64,000 bases of DNA, from positions 7,776-71,775 of IMG/VR virus record IMGVR_UViG_3300024346_000045, one strand, 5' to 3'. Source of the DNA: a virus. The notes below the pieces were generated by a model, which saw only the letters and a program-made list of their open reading frames with translations, made no database searches and had not been told where the DNA came from. Below are positions 22,001-29,645 of the stretch, in pieces (positions within the stretch are counted from its first letter, which is position 1; the number at the start of each line of letters is the position of its first letter). The position numbers and the translations under genes are program-made.

Positions 22001-24596
22001 AGTTGACATTATCGTATTACCAGCAACAGTTGCATTGAATTTAAATGATAGAGTTATTTTCCGTAAAGACACTAGTGACGGAAGTTATAACTTTACAGAA
22101 CAATTTGATACACAACTTGTGGGCGGAACATTCAGTGGAACTACATTAACTAGCGCAACCGGATTTGCTCCTGAAGACATTTTAGTTGACGGTGAAGAAT
22201 CATTTGTAACACCTATGTCTAGCCATGCACCTGAAGAAGTAGTTCCGGGTCAAGTAATGGATACAGTGGCAATTAAAGTTTACCATAGGCCTAGCGGCGG
22301 TTGCCCTAATATTATGTTTAATAATCATAGGGGCGACAGCGAAACTACATCCTTCTTAATAGGGCAATTGTTTCCAGGAGATCTTCATGTTATTGTAAAA
22401 ATTAATGATAACATTAAAGAACTTAGTACTGATTATTCAATTGATTATCAATCTAACAGTATTGTGTTTAATGCTGCTCCTAATCTAGGAGATAAAATTG
22501 ATATTTTAAGTATAGGTTACAACTCTGCAACTATGTTAGATACTGACTACTTTGTAGGAGACGGTACTACATTAGAGTTTATTACTAAAGCTCCTTGGTT
22601 ACCAACTGTATCTTCTACAGTATTTGTTAACGGGCAAGTTGTTGGATACTTATTGTTTAGCACCGATGACCAATACACTGATTTACAGGGACAAACGTGG
22701 AGATCGAGAGTTGGTATTAGATTCGAAGATGCACCACCGGTAGGTGCAATTATTTCGTATTTAATTGACACTAGCTCATCTGAACAAACTGCAAGTATAA
22801 TTAAGAAAGAGACAATTGTGTACGACGGAGATCCTTCGTACGAGCTGGCTAATCCGATAGGTGTTGATCAGCCGTGGGACTTGAATGTTCTAGTAAAACA
22901 AGGACAGACAATTTTAAAACCAAGGAGTGCAAACTACTTTACACTTGAGTCGGGAGTATATGAATATAACCTAAAAGATTACAAGTATATTGATAGTTCT
23001 GTGAGCTTATCTAATATCGTGGTTTATAGAGATAGTACTAAACTTCGTTTGGGAACAGATTATACAGCGCTGTTTGATTATTCCGGACCTACATTCGGAT
23101 TTGATTTCCCTACAATTTCAATTTCGGGCGGCGCAGGTTATTCAGTTGGCGATGCAATTGAAGTTGTGGGAGGAATTCTTACTACTTCGGGAACTGCAAC
23201 AAAATTTGAAGTTACGCTAGTTAACGGCTCTGGGACTATTCTAAAAGTTGAACTAATTGAAGCTGGAGAATATCAGACACCACCTTCAAGCCCCTTTGCA
23301 ATTACTGGAGGCCTTGGAGGAGGAGCAGTTATTTCTGGCGATTATGTTATCACAGAAGATGTTGCAAATATTATTATTGAAGTTAAACCAACTGCACTAG
23401 TAGTCGGAAGTAAGTTAATCGCTATTATAGATTCTGATGCAGATTATGTAATTAATGATAATGTGATAACATTTAACAACACTTATGCTAACGGAACAGA
23501 ATTTGAGATTATTAGTTTTTATAACCACAATGTTTTAGGTATAGAAAGAACTGTGGATCAATTGGTACCTGCTACCCGTGTAACAAGCGGAACGACAGAA
23601 TACTATGAACTAGCTGGTAAATTAGGCGGAACATTTAAATTGAGAAATACAGCAGTATCTGGAAACTTTGTATGGATTATACATAACGGCGAATTGCTAG
23701 CTCATGGTAGGGATTACTATCTAGAAGATGATCTTGTAACGGTTAAAATTGTTGAACCTGTTGCAGCTACGGATACCATCCAAATGATTGCATTTACAAA
23801 TTCAGTTGTTCGAGAAGATTTTGCATATATGCAATTTAAGGATATGTTAAACCGTGTTCATTACAAGAGACTTAATAAAGATAAGTCTACTAGGTTAACG
23901 AACGACTTAAATCCTTTTGATAAAGATATTACTGTAGACGATGCATCTAAATTGGATAACCCGTCACCTAAAAATAATATTCCGGGAATTATCGAAGTTA
24001 ACGGCGAACGCATTGAATACTTCACCAAAGTTGGAAACGTATTGAGTCAACTTCGTAGGGGTACATTAGGTACAGGTATACCAACATATCACTCCGCTGG
24101 CGTAATAGTTCAAGGATTAGGTGCAAGTGAGACAATACCATATAATGACAACACTATTGTCACTTCCTTTACATCCGACGGCGTTACATTAGACTTTGAT
24201 CTTCCTTATGTTCCTAAAATTAACGACATTGAAGTATTTGTAGGCGGAATTAGATTAAAGAAACATCAATATAGTGTTTATTCTAATTTAGAATACCCTT
24301 ATAGCCCCGAAGGCGATGTGTCTTATCAAGCAGAGTTTTCAATTACTGGAAACGCTAAATTAAGACTTTTAGACACTCCGTCCCTAGGCGTAAAAGTACT
24401 AGTAGTTAAAAAGCAGGGTAAATTATGGAATGACATAGGCGAAAGATTAGCTGAATCGAACAATCCTGTTGCTAATTTCCTAAAAGAAACTAACACAGTT
24501 TGGCCAGAATCGATTCAAGATAAATATGGTAATAGAGTATTATCATCGGACGGCACCCCTTTACAAACAGGTGACGGCCAACCATTGGAGTATTAA
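10092..24596 (+). CDS. giant 4834-aa virion structural protein (gp7-position baseplate wedge/adhesin)
   Basis: Uninterrupted 14.5-kb ORF coupled to gp6; contains FG-GAP-like blades, CBM5/12-like W-x5-Y-x2-G-x2-V motifs, GGSGY..P.V.I repeats and YIKEVKPYRTKVR. Confidence 0.75.
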   Translation: MAYNKDQNEPKVPTSNVEKRESANLLPRFYRTKSNKKFLQATVDQLNQPGTVKKLNGYIGRQNAKAVANSDIFLSAVDKIRQDYQFEPAALVQDYLGNTTFFKDYIDHTHHIDVFDGIANNHNRMNKQEFYSWNPHICWDKFVNYQQYYWLPFGPSGIEVLGQQKEITSTYTVRGVDESDNVAYLFTPNGLTRNPTLRLFRGQTYIFDIEAEGHPFSIKTSRVSGTLDRYTEGVDAFAVESGKITFTIPVDAPDILFYVSENSADTGGVFYILDIKENTEIDLATDLLGKKTYTIPNGTAEGLSISNGMKLQFGGEVTPAQYAEGFWYVEGVGTAITLVNERDLEVRTSFNQETNILFDDAPFDQLPFGDLSSLPSKKDYITINRASPDKNAWSRYNRWFHYDVIVASAKANGVEAEIDQSARAIRPIIEFVAGLKLFNQGIKSKNNIDVIDNFTTDAFSIVEGSLGYNVDGIDLAHGMRIIFNSDTDSFVKGKIFKVNFIEIIPPQREIQFDATLAVDIASDVFTFTTEHGLTTGNRVTYIANDTGAISGLVNRQVYYVSVIDTFRIKLYTNPSLTKLVDIFNTGTGTHRFELFTGVRRQINLVEEPDSIPEKFDTVTVNYGTSDYITTTLQGNQGQTYWFNGEQWKLSQLKNNVNQPPLFDLFDSKQVSFGDSSVNNYEGSSFTGTKLFSYKVGTGSADSELGFALSYQNINNIGDIVFEFNLLKDTFTYKKGVDILTLNTDIGYLQLTDENNISTFSNGWVLNSLDITQPVIRIFNGIDAIPKSADTSKKYVGDNGVEYYFNAALNSWYPRNFYIDVFDNVNLLSDLEVRVYLNGKRWNKSNFIVKDGTTKKYVEFLGNANVTDVVTLKCFSAQPKNSNGYYELPINLQNNPLNDNIVQFTLGEVIDHVDSIIDNIQEFNGIFPGTGNLRDLGGLSSKGVKFVQHSGPLNLSLYHLGSKEANIIKALDAARNDYGQFKRAFIIAATESGIDTDPRRHVDAVLQSMVKDKPKSSPYYLSDMFGYTAYNRIAYTVLDYRIKTYPLTTHFDLTSLSNKSVNIYLNGTHLLYGRDYIFGDDVFVELLVELAEGDSIEAIEYESTDGCYCPPTPTKLGLFPKFEPKKYIDDTYTEPREVIQGHDGSITVAFGDYRDDLILELETRIFNNIKVNYDPTIFDIFNFVPGYNRQTAYSKSETDQILSKYFFQWTTNIQQDYTKHYGYDQLNAFTYNYRGNYTPDKKDVPAAWRGIYKWLLDTDRPHTHPWECLGLSVEPLWWQEVYGPAPYTSDNLMLWDDLKEGIVRQPSVPVRRNAKFAKPILNNGLPVDDQGKLLSPYDSEMVTGNILRGDGGYFVFGDHSVVETAWRRSSYYPFALITSALLMQPSYVLGSCLDRSRITREVNGHLVYSETGLRIRLADIVLPSTYTRNSTERTYTCGLVNYIIDYLTSENTTRIDTYATELATLTNKVSSRLGAFTNKEKYKILLDSKTPSSSGGIFVPEENYFVDLNSSSAVKKVIYSGVIITKYEDGFEIRGYNFDNPYFVYLPSLMDNRVIKVGGISESYINWNSNQVYVAGKLVKANNQYYRVKINHTSGQVFDSNYYARLPELPTQGGREVMLRKTFDNTDPRTLAYGTKLYTIQDVADFLQGYGAYLEAEGFVFDDFNNELATITNWETSVKEFMFWTTQNWDPGAVLSLSPAANKLMFNATNSVVDDLLNTFHGYSIFKVDGQKLDPEFIEVYRSGSNFVLEPVNTNHGIYGAVLYLVQKEHIVVIDNKTLFNDTIYDKEAGYKQDRVKIIGYVTSNWNGGFEIPGFIYDRAIISAWESWTDYTLGTIVKHKEFYYSANKTLVGTQDFNNNDWELLTSKPVAKLLPNLDYRAEQFTDFYDLDTDNLDSSQQKIAQHLIGYQKRQYLENIIQNDVSQYKFYQGMIIEKGTQNVLNKLFDVLSADGKESLTFDEEWAFRVGEYGAVDTFDEIEFKLDESQFKVNPQPIELVDRIDPNLVDFVYRQRPSDVYIKPINYTNDVWPTTTKRNFLRTPGYVRKDNVNLNLNSLSDILSVSINSLTEGDYIWTTSETVINSIGDNWNVYRFTQSAWLITNVTYAAAVVTVSTTGSLNLLVGDIVAIKNSSLIEGFHIVTSVTENTFTFTKKIASWEEFVDQDLVTSFVFTSQRVDNVDNMNSVIPNNIKINELVWADNDGNSKWTVYENQGVYRRARITNQDPAVDLNFGLATSVDETGNISVISDDNKVTVYEKGSSDNTWYASDKIYEPTGIAESSDFGSVVKLSFDAAWLIVGAPNANGVKTLTSGTILSPGTLTYTDISTGGIVQVTSTAVSIATGTPVRLSNTTGLTGVNTSTTYYVYSASSSTFRIAASYNDAILGNGVTVSGTLIGVGTASFLTTKITGIPTTAELVSGMTLSKNSGTANFGSNPVIISIDSLTQITVGIDVGSNFTNGTIVFTASGFSNQGYVSMYRRNTNGEYESTNIIKSPQQAENETFGSNIAIGKKENPAGVYPSLVGDYIGSGYGATWMVTRIGSKYSLKIQSRGLAYQPGDQITIVGSSLGGIAGIHDLTITIVSVNAALGTIENFVFEGVGLSDNYFMAVSATGYSSSTGRVYIYKWDEQDGWVYLEYLTSISGAGELFGYDTAVSGDATQLIVSAPQADAGYGKVFVYQLGNDTYELVSIMTEDFSSIELEMPSGSTPYDVQYGQSIAISKSGTYIAVGANLLDANNKADSGRVFVYTNINNEITLHQQITSRRGVPYEKFGSDVEFMNDDETLVIMSGIHNETGDTTFDNNETTFDSSATSISTMMSVIDVYDKYNTKFIYGETPPNSSLRETAFGNSISVGNNTILIAAKLETDSMFANSGAVYSYVKTANTVSWKIKHQQLPKIDVQKIKKAFLYNSVTNTIVKYLDVVSPILGNIPGLADQEIKYKTFFDPATYYAGTEIVNVDAGMAWTSKQVGHLWWDLTNAKFVDPHSGDVVYRSSVWNTLYDTASIDVYEWVESKYLPSEWNKLADTQKGLASNISGQTKYDDTVYSVKKRYDSISKTFKETYYFWVKSKKTVPNVEGRSLTAYDIANLIADPLGYGYSCIALTGTNSFSLVNCEKYLEGTNVILNVEYWTNTNTANNLHRQWKLLSTNRNTVIPSELEKKWIHSLVGKDDNDRVVPDTALPAKRRYGIEFRPRQSMFVNRVEAVKQFIERVNLTLSTKLIVDDYNLSPLASYEVEPSTVSGAWDTTIDTELELKFVPTAILQPAAFTPIIVDGRIIGVTILRSGTGYGRLRAYKVDEDNDPILWYGPDLSIYGSGINAHIKTVINSIGEVVECVIENSGEGYNDETRINIRNFSVLVKSDSTALDSWSIYAWDFISLTWNKIRSQSFNVTRYWKYVDWYEAGYNQFVKIDHLVENTYELITSSIAVGNVAKVKNIGSGGWLLLEKIADVQTIDYTVNFKVIGRENGTIEFLPTLYNFSSSVIGYDGPLFDSDLFDNSPSKELRIIIDTVKNNILVDEYKVDYLGLFFASIRYAVQEQTLIDWAFKTSFVKAQHNVGELKQKITYNNDNLEFFEQYIKEVKPYRTKVREYVSNYNTLEYSRTSVSDFDLLPIIDDNSQVIPLSVKVNDNGEIVTGYTEIDNDPWVSWKNELGFTITSLQIVDGGSGYLTTPVVEIIGTQLDGGTPAIAKAYITNGVVNRVQIVSGGTRWASAPTVTIKGGLAPTGTPARVVAIIGNSVPRTNFVKMKFDRISKVYEILNLTEIENFIGSGSKTQYALKWSPEIVIGTSYVTVNGAEILRDDYTLSTIVSTSKGFTSYTGMLTFKEAPAANASILIEYNKDYNHLSATDRINFYYDPVTGQLGKDLSQLMTGIDYGGVSITGIGLGINVGWDALPWFTDAWDNVDSEFEDYIVSVSGPTTDFRMPYVPALGQNINVYISRYVGGEYQPSVRIDDLNFATINQTNNNALMTTFVGDGEVDIIVLPATVALNLNDRVIFRKDTSDGSYNFTEQFDTQLVGGTFSGTTLTSATGFAPEDILVDGEESFVTPMSSHAPEEVVPGQVMDTVAIKVYHRPSGGCPNIMFNNHRGDSETTSFLIGQLFPGDLHVIVKINDNIKELSTDYSIDYQSNSIVFNAAPNLGDKIDILSIGYNSATMLDTDYFVGDGTTLEFITKAPWLPTVSSTVFVNGQVVGYLLFSTDDQYTDLQGQTWRSRVGIRFEDAPPVGAIISYLIDTSSSEQTASIIKKETIVYDGDPSYELANPIGVDQPWDLNVLVKQGQTILKPRSANYFTLESGVYEYNLKDYKYIDSSVSLSNIVVYRDSTKLRLGTDYTALFDYSGPTFGFDFPTISISGGAGYSVGDAIEVVGGILTTSGTATKFEVTLVNGSGTILKVELIEAGEYQTPPSSPFAITGGLGGGAVISGDYVITEDVANIIIEVKPTALVVGSKLIAIIDSDADYVINDNVITFNNTYANGTEFEIISFYNHNVLGIERTVDQLVPATRVTSGTTEYYELAGKLGGTFKLRNTAVSGNFVWIIHNGELLAHGRDYYLEDDLVTVKIVEPVAATDTIQMIAFTNSVVREDFAYMQFKDMLNRVHYKRLNKDKSTRLTNDLNPFDKDITVDDASKLDNPSPKNNIPGIIEVNGERIEYFTKVGNVLSQLRRGTLGTGIPTYHSAGVIVQGLGASETIPYNDNTIVTSFTSDGVTLDFDLPYVPKINDIEVFVGGIRLKKHQYSVYSNLEYPYSPEGDVSYQAEFSITGNAKLRLLDTPSLGVKVLVVKKQGKLWNDIGERLAESNNPVANFLKETNTVWPESIQDKYGNRVLSSDGTPLQTGDGQPLEY

Positions 24597-24599
24597 TAG

Positions 24600-25436
24600 A
24601 TGCCAACAATTATTGAATTGCCGAGTATTGTAAACCCGCCAGAATCTTCGGTTATTGTAGTTACAGACGACACGTCTTCAAGTAAAATAACCATTTCTGA
24701 TCTTAGACACACAATGGTAAAAGTTGCGACACAAGCAACTGCCGGAGTCATTAAAATAGGATCAGGGCTTGCAATCGATTCTAGCGGTGTTGTTTCGGTT
24801 CCTAGTGCAACTGGCTATACGTTGCCAGTTGCTACTAATGTTTCTTTAGGCGGTGTCATAGCTGGATCCGGACTATCGATTAATAATCAAGGCGTGCTAA
24901 GTGTGTCTGTTCCGCCTGCTCCTGTTGCAAGTGCTTATACATTCGGAACTGTAAAAATTGGTGAAGGATTAACTATTGTCGACGGTGTACTTTCGAACCC
25001 GGCAACACAGTATGTATTACCTAGTGCAACGGGATCAATACTTGGCGGTGTCAAAATTGGAAAAGGGTTAATAATTGACAACTCGGTTGTTTCTGTTGAA
25101 GCTAACCCGTATGTAGTAGAAAGTGATCAGATTATTAACGAAGATTACACAGTCCCGCCCGGGAAAACAGTTTATAGTATAGGCCCAGTATCAATTGGCA
25201 GATCTAACACTTTTGTAATTTCTGCAGATTCAACTTGGACCATTTATACACCGGGCGCAACTGAAAAATATACAGAAGAATCGATAGCATCAACAGTTAT
25301 CACTGAACAAGATACATTAATTTCGTCTAATTATACAATTAGAAATGGAGTAACTGCATCTAGTATAGGACCTATTACTATCGGTAATACTGTAACTGTT
25401 GAGATTTCACCATTATCTACATGGATAATATTTTAA
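24600..25436 (+). CDS. fibre-like structural protein with LPxA..LGGVKIGxGL repeats
   Basis: Four repeats such as LPVATNVSLGGVIAGSGLSINNQGVLSV, then two SIGP(V/I)xIG...STWxI repeats. Confidence 0.6.
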   Translation: MPTIIELPSIVNPPESSVIVVTDDTSSSKITISDLRHTMVKVATQATAGVIKIGSGLAIDSSGVVSVPSATGYTLPVATNVSLGGVIAGSGLSINNQGVLSVSVPPAPVASAYTFGTVKIGEGLTIVDGVLSNPATQYVLPSATGSILGGVKIGKGLIIDNSVVSVEANPYVVESDQIINEDYTVPPGKTVYSIGPVSIGRSNTFVISADSTWTIYTPGATEKYTEESIASTVITEQDTLISSNYTIRNGVTASSIGPITIGNTVTVEISPLSTWIIF

Positions 25437-25443
25437 ATAAATA
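25434..25443 (+). promoter_or_regulatory. putative late promoter (overlapping TAAATA x2)
   Basis: TAAATAAATA at the stop of the upstream gene, ahead of a GGAG RBS and the 25469 ATG. Confidence 0.55.
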
Positions 25444-25468
25444 AGATATCATTGGGAGTATTTAAAAA

Positions 25469-26380
25469 ATGGCAAACTTAAAACTTTTGGGCTCAGTTTC
25501 TGGATATACAGAACTATCAGCAGCCGCAAATGCCGTTCCGACTGTATTTACATTACCAGCTGCTGACGGAACAACAGGACAGATATTAAGCACTAATGGC
25601 CAAGGCCAGCTTCAATTTATCACTAATCAAGCAGCTTCGTATACATTACCTATCGCTTCGCAATCTACATTAGGCGGTGTTAGAGTTGATGGAGCAACAA
25701 TCACAATTAACGGATCTGGTGTAATTTCATCAGCATCTGCCTACACACTACCTACAGCTAGTTCTAATACATTAGGCGGTATTAAAGTAGGTTCAGGCTT
25801 ATCAATTAATGCTGGCGTACTAAGTGTTGCTTCTGTTGCAGCAACACAAGCTGATGCTCTAAAAGTTGGTACTGCATACCGCACAGCAGCAATCGACGAA
25901 CCGTATTTTGGAACACCTTACAGTATTGCTTGTAGAGACCTCGACGGCAACTTAAATGCTGTGCTTTTCCAAGGTACTGCTACCTCAGCACAGTTTGCTG
26001 ACTTGGCAGAAAAATATATTGCTGATGCATCTTATGAGCCAGGTACAGTTTTAGAATTTGGCGGCAAATTCGAAGTGACAGTTGCCGAAGATGAAACTCG
26101 CTGCGTAGCTGGTGTTGTTTCTACTAATCCAGGATTCATAATGAACAACGCATTAGAAGCAGCGGTTACTGAAGGCGAAAGAACTGTAACATTGGCGCTA
26201 ATGGGGCGTGTTCCGTGTAAAGTTCGAGGAAAAATCCGCAAGGGCGATATGCTAGTAAGCGGTAGCGGCGGATTTGCTAGACCAGCAACTGATCCTAAGA
26301 TTGGTACTATTATTGGTAAAGCACTCGAAGATTTCGAAGGAGACGAGGGTCTTATCGAAGTTGTCGTAGGACGAATTTAA
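25469..26380 (+). CDS. tail fibre/spike protein with C-terminal ADLAEKY (peptidase G2-like intramolecular chaperone) domain
   Basis: LGGV repeats followed by FADLAEKY...GVVSTNP...LALMGRVPCKVRGKIRKGDMLV...IIGKALE. Confidence 0.7.
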   Translation: MANLKLLGSVSGYTELSAAANAVPTVFTLPAADGTTGQILSTNGQGQLQFITNQAASYTLPIASQSTLGGVRVDGATITINGSGVISSASAYTLPTASSNTLGGIKVGSGLSINAGVLSVASVAATQADALKVGTAYRTAAIDEPYFGTPYSIACRDLDGNLNAVLFQGTATSAQFADLAEKYIADASYEPGTVLEFGGKFEVTVAEDETRCVAGVVSTNPGFIMNNALEAAVTEGERTVTLALMGRVPCKVRGKIRKGDMLVSGSGGFARPATDPKIGTIIGKALEDFEGDEGLIEVVVGRI

Positions 26381-26397
26381 TCAATAAAGAGAATACT

Positions 26398-27009
26398 ATG
26401 CAAGGCAAAGATCTATCAGGAATACATGTTGAAGGCCATATAAAAATTTGGTATCCCGAAACTGGCGAAGTTGCAGTTAATAAACGTAATGCAATACATT
26501 ATGAAAATATGAGTATTGCTTTAGCAGAAAGTATTGCTGACGCTGGACAAGGCTTTATTAATTCTATGGCGTTTGGCAACGGTGGAACCAGTGTTGACCC
26601 AACAGGTATTATTACCTATCTTACTCCCAACTCCACTGGAACTAATGCAAGTTTATATAACCAGACATATTCCAAAGTGATAAACGATAGATCTAGTTCT
26701 AACTTAGATCCTACGAGGAATTATATAGAAACTCGACATGTAACAGGCAAGAATTATACAGATGTATTTGTGACATGTTTGTTAGATTACGGTGAACCTA
26801 GTGGACAAGAAGCGTTCGATAACACAAGTGACAATGATAGTAATTTTGTTTTCGATGAACTAGGGCTTGTATCTTATAGCTTAACAGGCAATTCTAGATT
26901 GTTAACCCACGTTATTTTCCATCCAGTTCAGAAATCTTTAAACAGATTAATTCAAATTGATTACACCGTTCGTATACAAAGTTTAACAGGTTTAAGTGAG
27001 GTTGCGTAA
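26398..27009 (+). CDS. putative baseplate/fibre-attachment structural protein
   Basis: MAFGNGG...FDELGL...THVIFHPVQKS..IQIDYTVRI pattern; translationally coupled to the next fibre gene. Confidence 0.5.
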   Translation: MQGKDLSGIHVEGHIKIWYPETGEVAVNKRNAIHYENMSIALAESIADAGQGFINSMAFGNGGTSVDPTGIITYLTPNSTGTNASLYNQTYSKVINDRSSSNLDPTRNYIETRHVTGKNYTDVFVTCLLDYGEPSGQEAFDNTSDNDSNFVFDELGLVSYSLTGNSRLLTHVIFHPVQKSLNRLIQIDYTVRIQSLTGLSEVA

Positions 27010-29645
27010 TGGCTTATACAATTCCGTTCTCAGATACAGCAGCGCACCCAACAGCGATTACAGTAAACGATCAAACTCTTAATACTGAAGATACAAGTTT
27101 AACATTTGTAGGTAAAAATTATCCCGGATATAGTCTAGCAATTGGCTCTAATTTTTTACACTTATTAGAAAATTTTGCCAGTAGTACTGCTCCAAGTAAT
27201 CCGGTACAGGGGCAGTTATGGTATGACACTGGAACATCTTACAGTCCTAGTAGACCTCAATTAAAAATTTATGATGGTACAAATTGGACTGAAGCTGGCA
27301 ATATTAAAAAAGGCGCATCTCAACCGTCTTCTGTTAATAGTATTGTTGGTGACTTATGGGTTGATACCAGCGCACAGCAATTGTATCTTTATACAGGAGC
27401 AACATGGGTTTTAGTGGGTCCACAATTTAATGCAGGTAGTTTAGCAGGTTTAAAAGCTGAAACTGTTATTGATAGAGATTCTAATACTGAAAAAACAATT
27501 TTAATTTTTTACACAGGCGGCATTCCTGTTATTATTATTAGTAAAGATACTTTTACTCCGAAAGTTGCTATTCAAGGATTTGAAATCATTCGTCAGGGCG
27601 TTAACATGTCGTCAGACGACTTCGACCTTGATGGTACTGTTTTAAACAAGTACTGGGGTGTTAGTGAAAAAGCAAATTCGTTAATTGTTGGAAATAATGT
27701 AATTCCAGCAACAAATTTTTTAAGAAGCGATGCTGTTAGCACCACAAATTATACAATTAATATTAGAAATGGCGGTGGCCTAGTCGTTGGTGCAAGTCTC
27801 GAAACTAGTTTAACCACTAGCTCAACTGGCGCAATTCTTACACATAAAACGCAAGGTTCGCCGATAATTTTACGTACAACAACCTCCGGTGGCATTACAA
27901 ATGATGTTATTACAGTAGCAGCAGGCCCTGGCGCTGATCAAGGTTTAGTTGGAATTAATAAGAATCCGACTACTGCGTTAGATGTAAACGGGGATATTTT
28001 AACCAATGGTTCAATTGTAACAACAGACACAACAGCTAGCACTAGCACAACAACTGGTGCTCTTAAAGTTGCTGGCGGAGTTGGCATCAGTGGATCATTG
28101 TATATTGGGAACAATACAAGTGTATTAGGTCAAATTACTGTTGGCGGAGCAAGTGCAGGTCAAGCAGTTGTAGCAAGGGCAAACGAGAAACACGACATCG
28201 GAACATCTGGTACTAGATTTAGAGCTGTATACGCAAAAGATTTTGTTGGGCAAACATTTACAGGTAGTTTTGTTGGCTCATTCTCTGGTAGTGTATCAGG
28301 AACTGCAAGTAGTTTAGCAACAACTTCTGCGTTTTCAATGACAGGCGATATTTCTAGTAATGTAATTCCATTTAACGGTGCGGAACCAGTTCCGCCTAGG
28401 AGTATAACTTTTGTAGCAAGAAGTGCGTTAGGTATTGCAACAGTTACTACTTCCGTGGCTCATGGTTATGTTACTGGATATATCGTTGAACTAACATGTT
28501 CTAATTCAACTTTTAATACTACACTCGGCGGTCAAGTAATTACTGTTACTGGATTAACAACATTTACATATCAAAATTCAGGATCAACTTTAACCACAAC
28601 AGCAGCATCTGGTACTATAACTGTTAAACCCGGCGGAAGTTTTTATACTGTTCTTAATGATGATGTTATTTCTTCTAAAACTGAAATTTCTAGCACATCA
28701 GACAGTGATTATTTTCTAGTATATCGCGCAACAGCAACACCGGCTTTAAGAAAAATTAGTAAAGCAACACTATTTTCTACAGCAGGCACAGTTCCAACTG
28801 GTAGCATTTTTCCATTTGCAGGCGATACACCTCCTGTAGGATATTTACTATGCGACGGAAGCGAACAGAGTCAATCAGCATACCCTGAACTATTTTCAGT
28901 GCTAGGGTACAAATATAGAGCTGCTGGATTGCTAACAGGATATGCAACATTTGCAATACCAGATCTTCGAGGAAGATTCGCTCTCGGTAGGGATGATATG
29001 GACAACGGCAATAGTGTCAGTGTTCAAATAACTGCAACGAGCGGAACACGCCTATCTATTGCTGCATTAAGTTCAATTTCTGCAACTTTTGTAATACAAA
29101 ATAGTTTAACAACAAACGGTCCTTTCCAGACTGGCAAAGTCTTAACAGGGCACGGATTAGACACTAGCGCTGGACCTGTAACAATTACAGCAGTTACAAA
29201 TAATACTCCTAGTTCAGGATACACAACAATTACAGTTAGTATGCCTCCTCAGCCTACAACATACCCTGCTGCTAGCGGTTTAGTATTAGAATCTGTAGGC
29301 ACAATTGACGGCGGTGGCGGAACAGCTAACAGAGTTCCGAGTGCAACAGCAATAGGCAACGTAAGCGGATCTAGGCAGACTACACTAGGTGTTTCAAACC
29401 TTCCAGAACACTTGCACGATTTAAAAGATTCTGCAAATAATCAATATTACGCATTGCGCAATGCTACAGGCACTCCGCCTGATCCTGAAGTAATTGCAAG
29501 CAGTGTTCACTTTACTTCATCTGCCGGACATCTTTTACAAAATAGCGGCGGTATTAAAACAACAGGTAGTTTAGGACAACCGATTGATATAATGAATCCT
29601 TATCAAACTATTAACTACATTATCTTTACTGGTAGGATTATATAA
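27009..29645 (+). CDS. tail fibre with phage tail-collar domain (gp12-like short fibre)
   Basis: Collar motif VPTGSIFPFAGDTPPVGYLLCDG...YPELFSVLG...FAIPDLRGRF; C-terminal NLPEHLH...MNPYQTINYII. Confidence 0.8.
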   Translation: MAYTIPFSDTAAHPTAITVNDQTLNTEDTSLTFVGKNYPGYSLAIGSNFLHLLENFASSTAPSNPVQGQLWYDTGTSYSPSRPQLKIYDGTNWTEAGNIKKGASQPSSVNSIVGDLWVDTSAQQLYLYTGATWVLVGPQFNAGSLAGLKAETVIDRDSNTEKTILIFYTGGIPVIIISKDTFTPKVAIQGFEIIRQGVNMSSDDFDLDGTVLNKYWGVSEKANSLIVGNNVIPATNFLRSDAVSTTNYTINIRNGGGLVVGASLETSLTTSSTGAILTHKTQGSPIILRTTTSGGITNDVITVAAGPGADQGLVGINKNPTTALDVNGDILTNGSIVTTDTTASTSTTTGALKVAGGVGISGSLYIGNNTSVLGQITVGGASAGQAVVARANEKHDIGTSGTRFRAVYAKDFVGQTFTGSFVGSFSGSVSGTASSLATTSAFSMTGDISSNVIPFNGAEPVPPRSITFVARSALGIATVTTSVAHGYVTGYIVELTCSNSTFNTTLGGQVITVTGLTTFTYQNSGSTLTTTAASGTITVKPGGSFYTVLNDDVISSKTEISSTSDSDYFLVYRATATPALRKISKATLFSTAGTVPTGSIFPFAGDTPPVGYLLCDGSEQSQSAYPELFSVLGYKYRAAGLLTGYATFAIPDLRGRFALGRDDMDNGNSVSVQITATSGTRLSIAALSSISATFVIQNSLTTNGPFQTGKVLTGHGLDTSAGPVTITAVTNNTPSSGYTTITVSMPPQPTTYPAASGLVLESVGTIDGGGGTANRVPSATAIGNVSGSRQTTLGVSNLPEHLHDLKDSANNQYYALRNATGTPPDPEVIASSVHFTSSAGHLLQNSGGIKTTGSLGQPIDIMNPYQTINYIIFTGRII

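Noticed and set aside
24520-24526. ATAAATA near the end of the giant gene as a late promoter for 24600
   Set aside because: Plausible but inside coding sequence; this short motif arises often by chance in AT-rich DNA.
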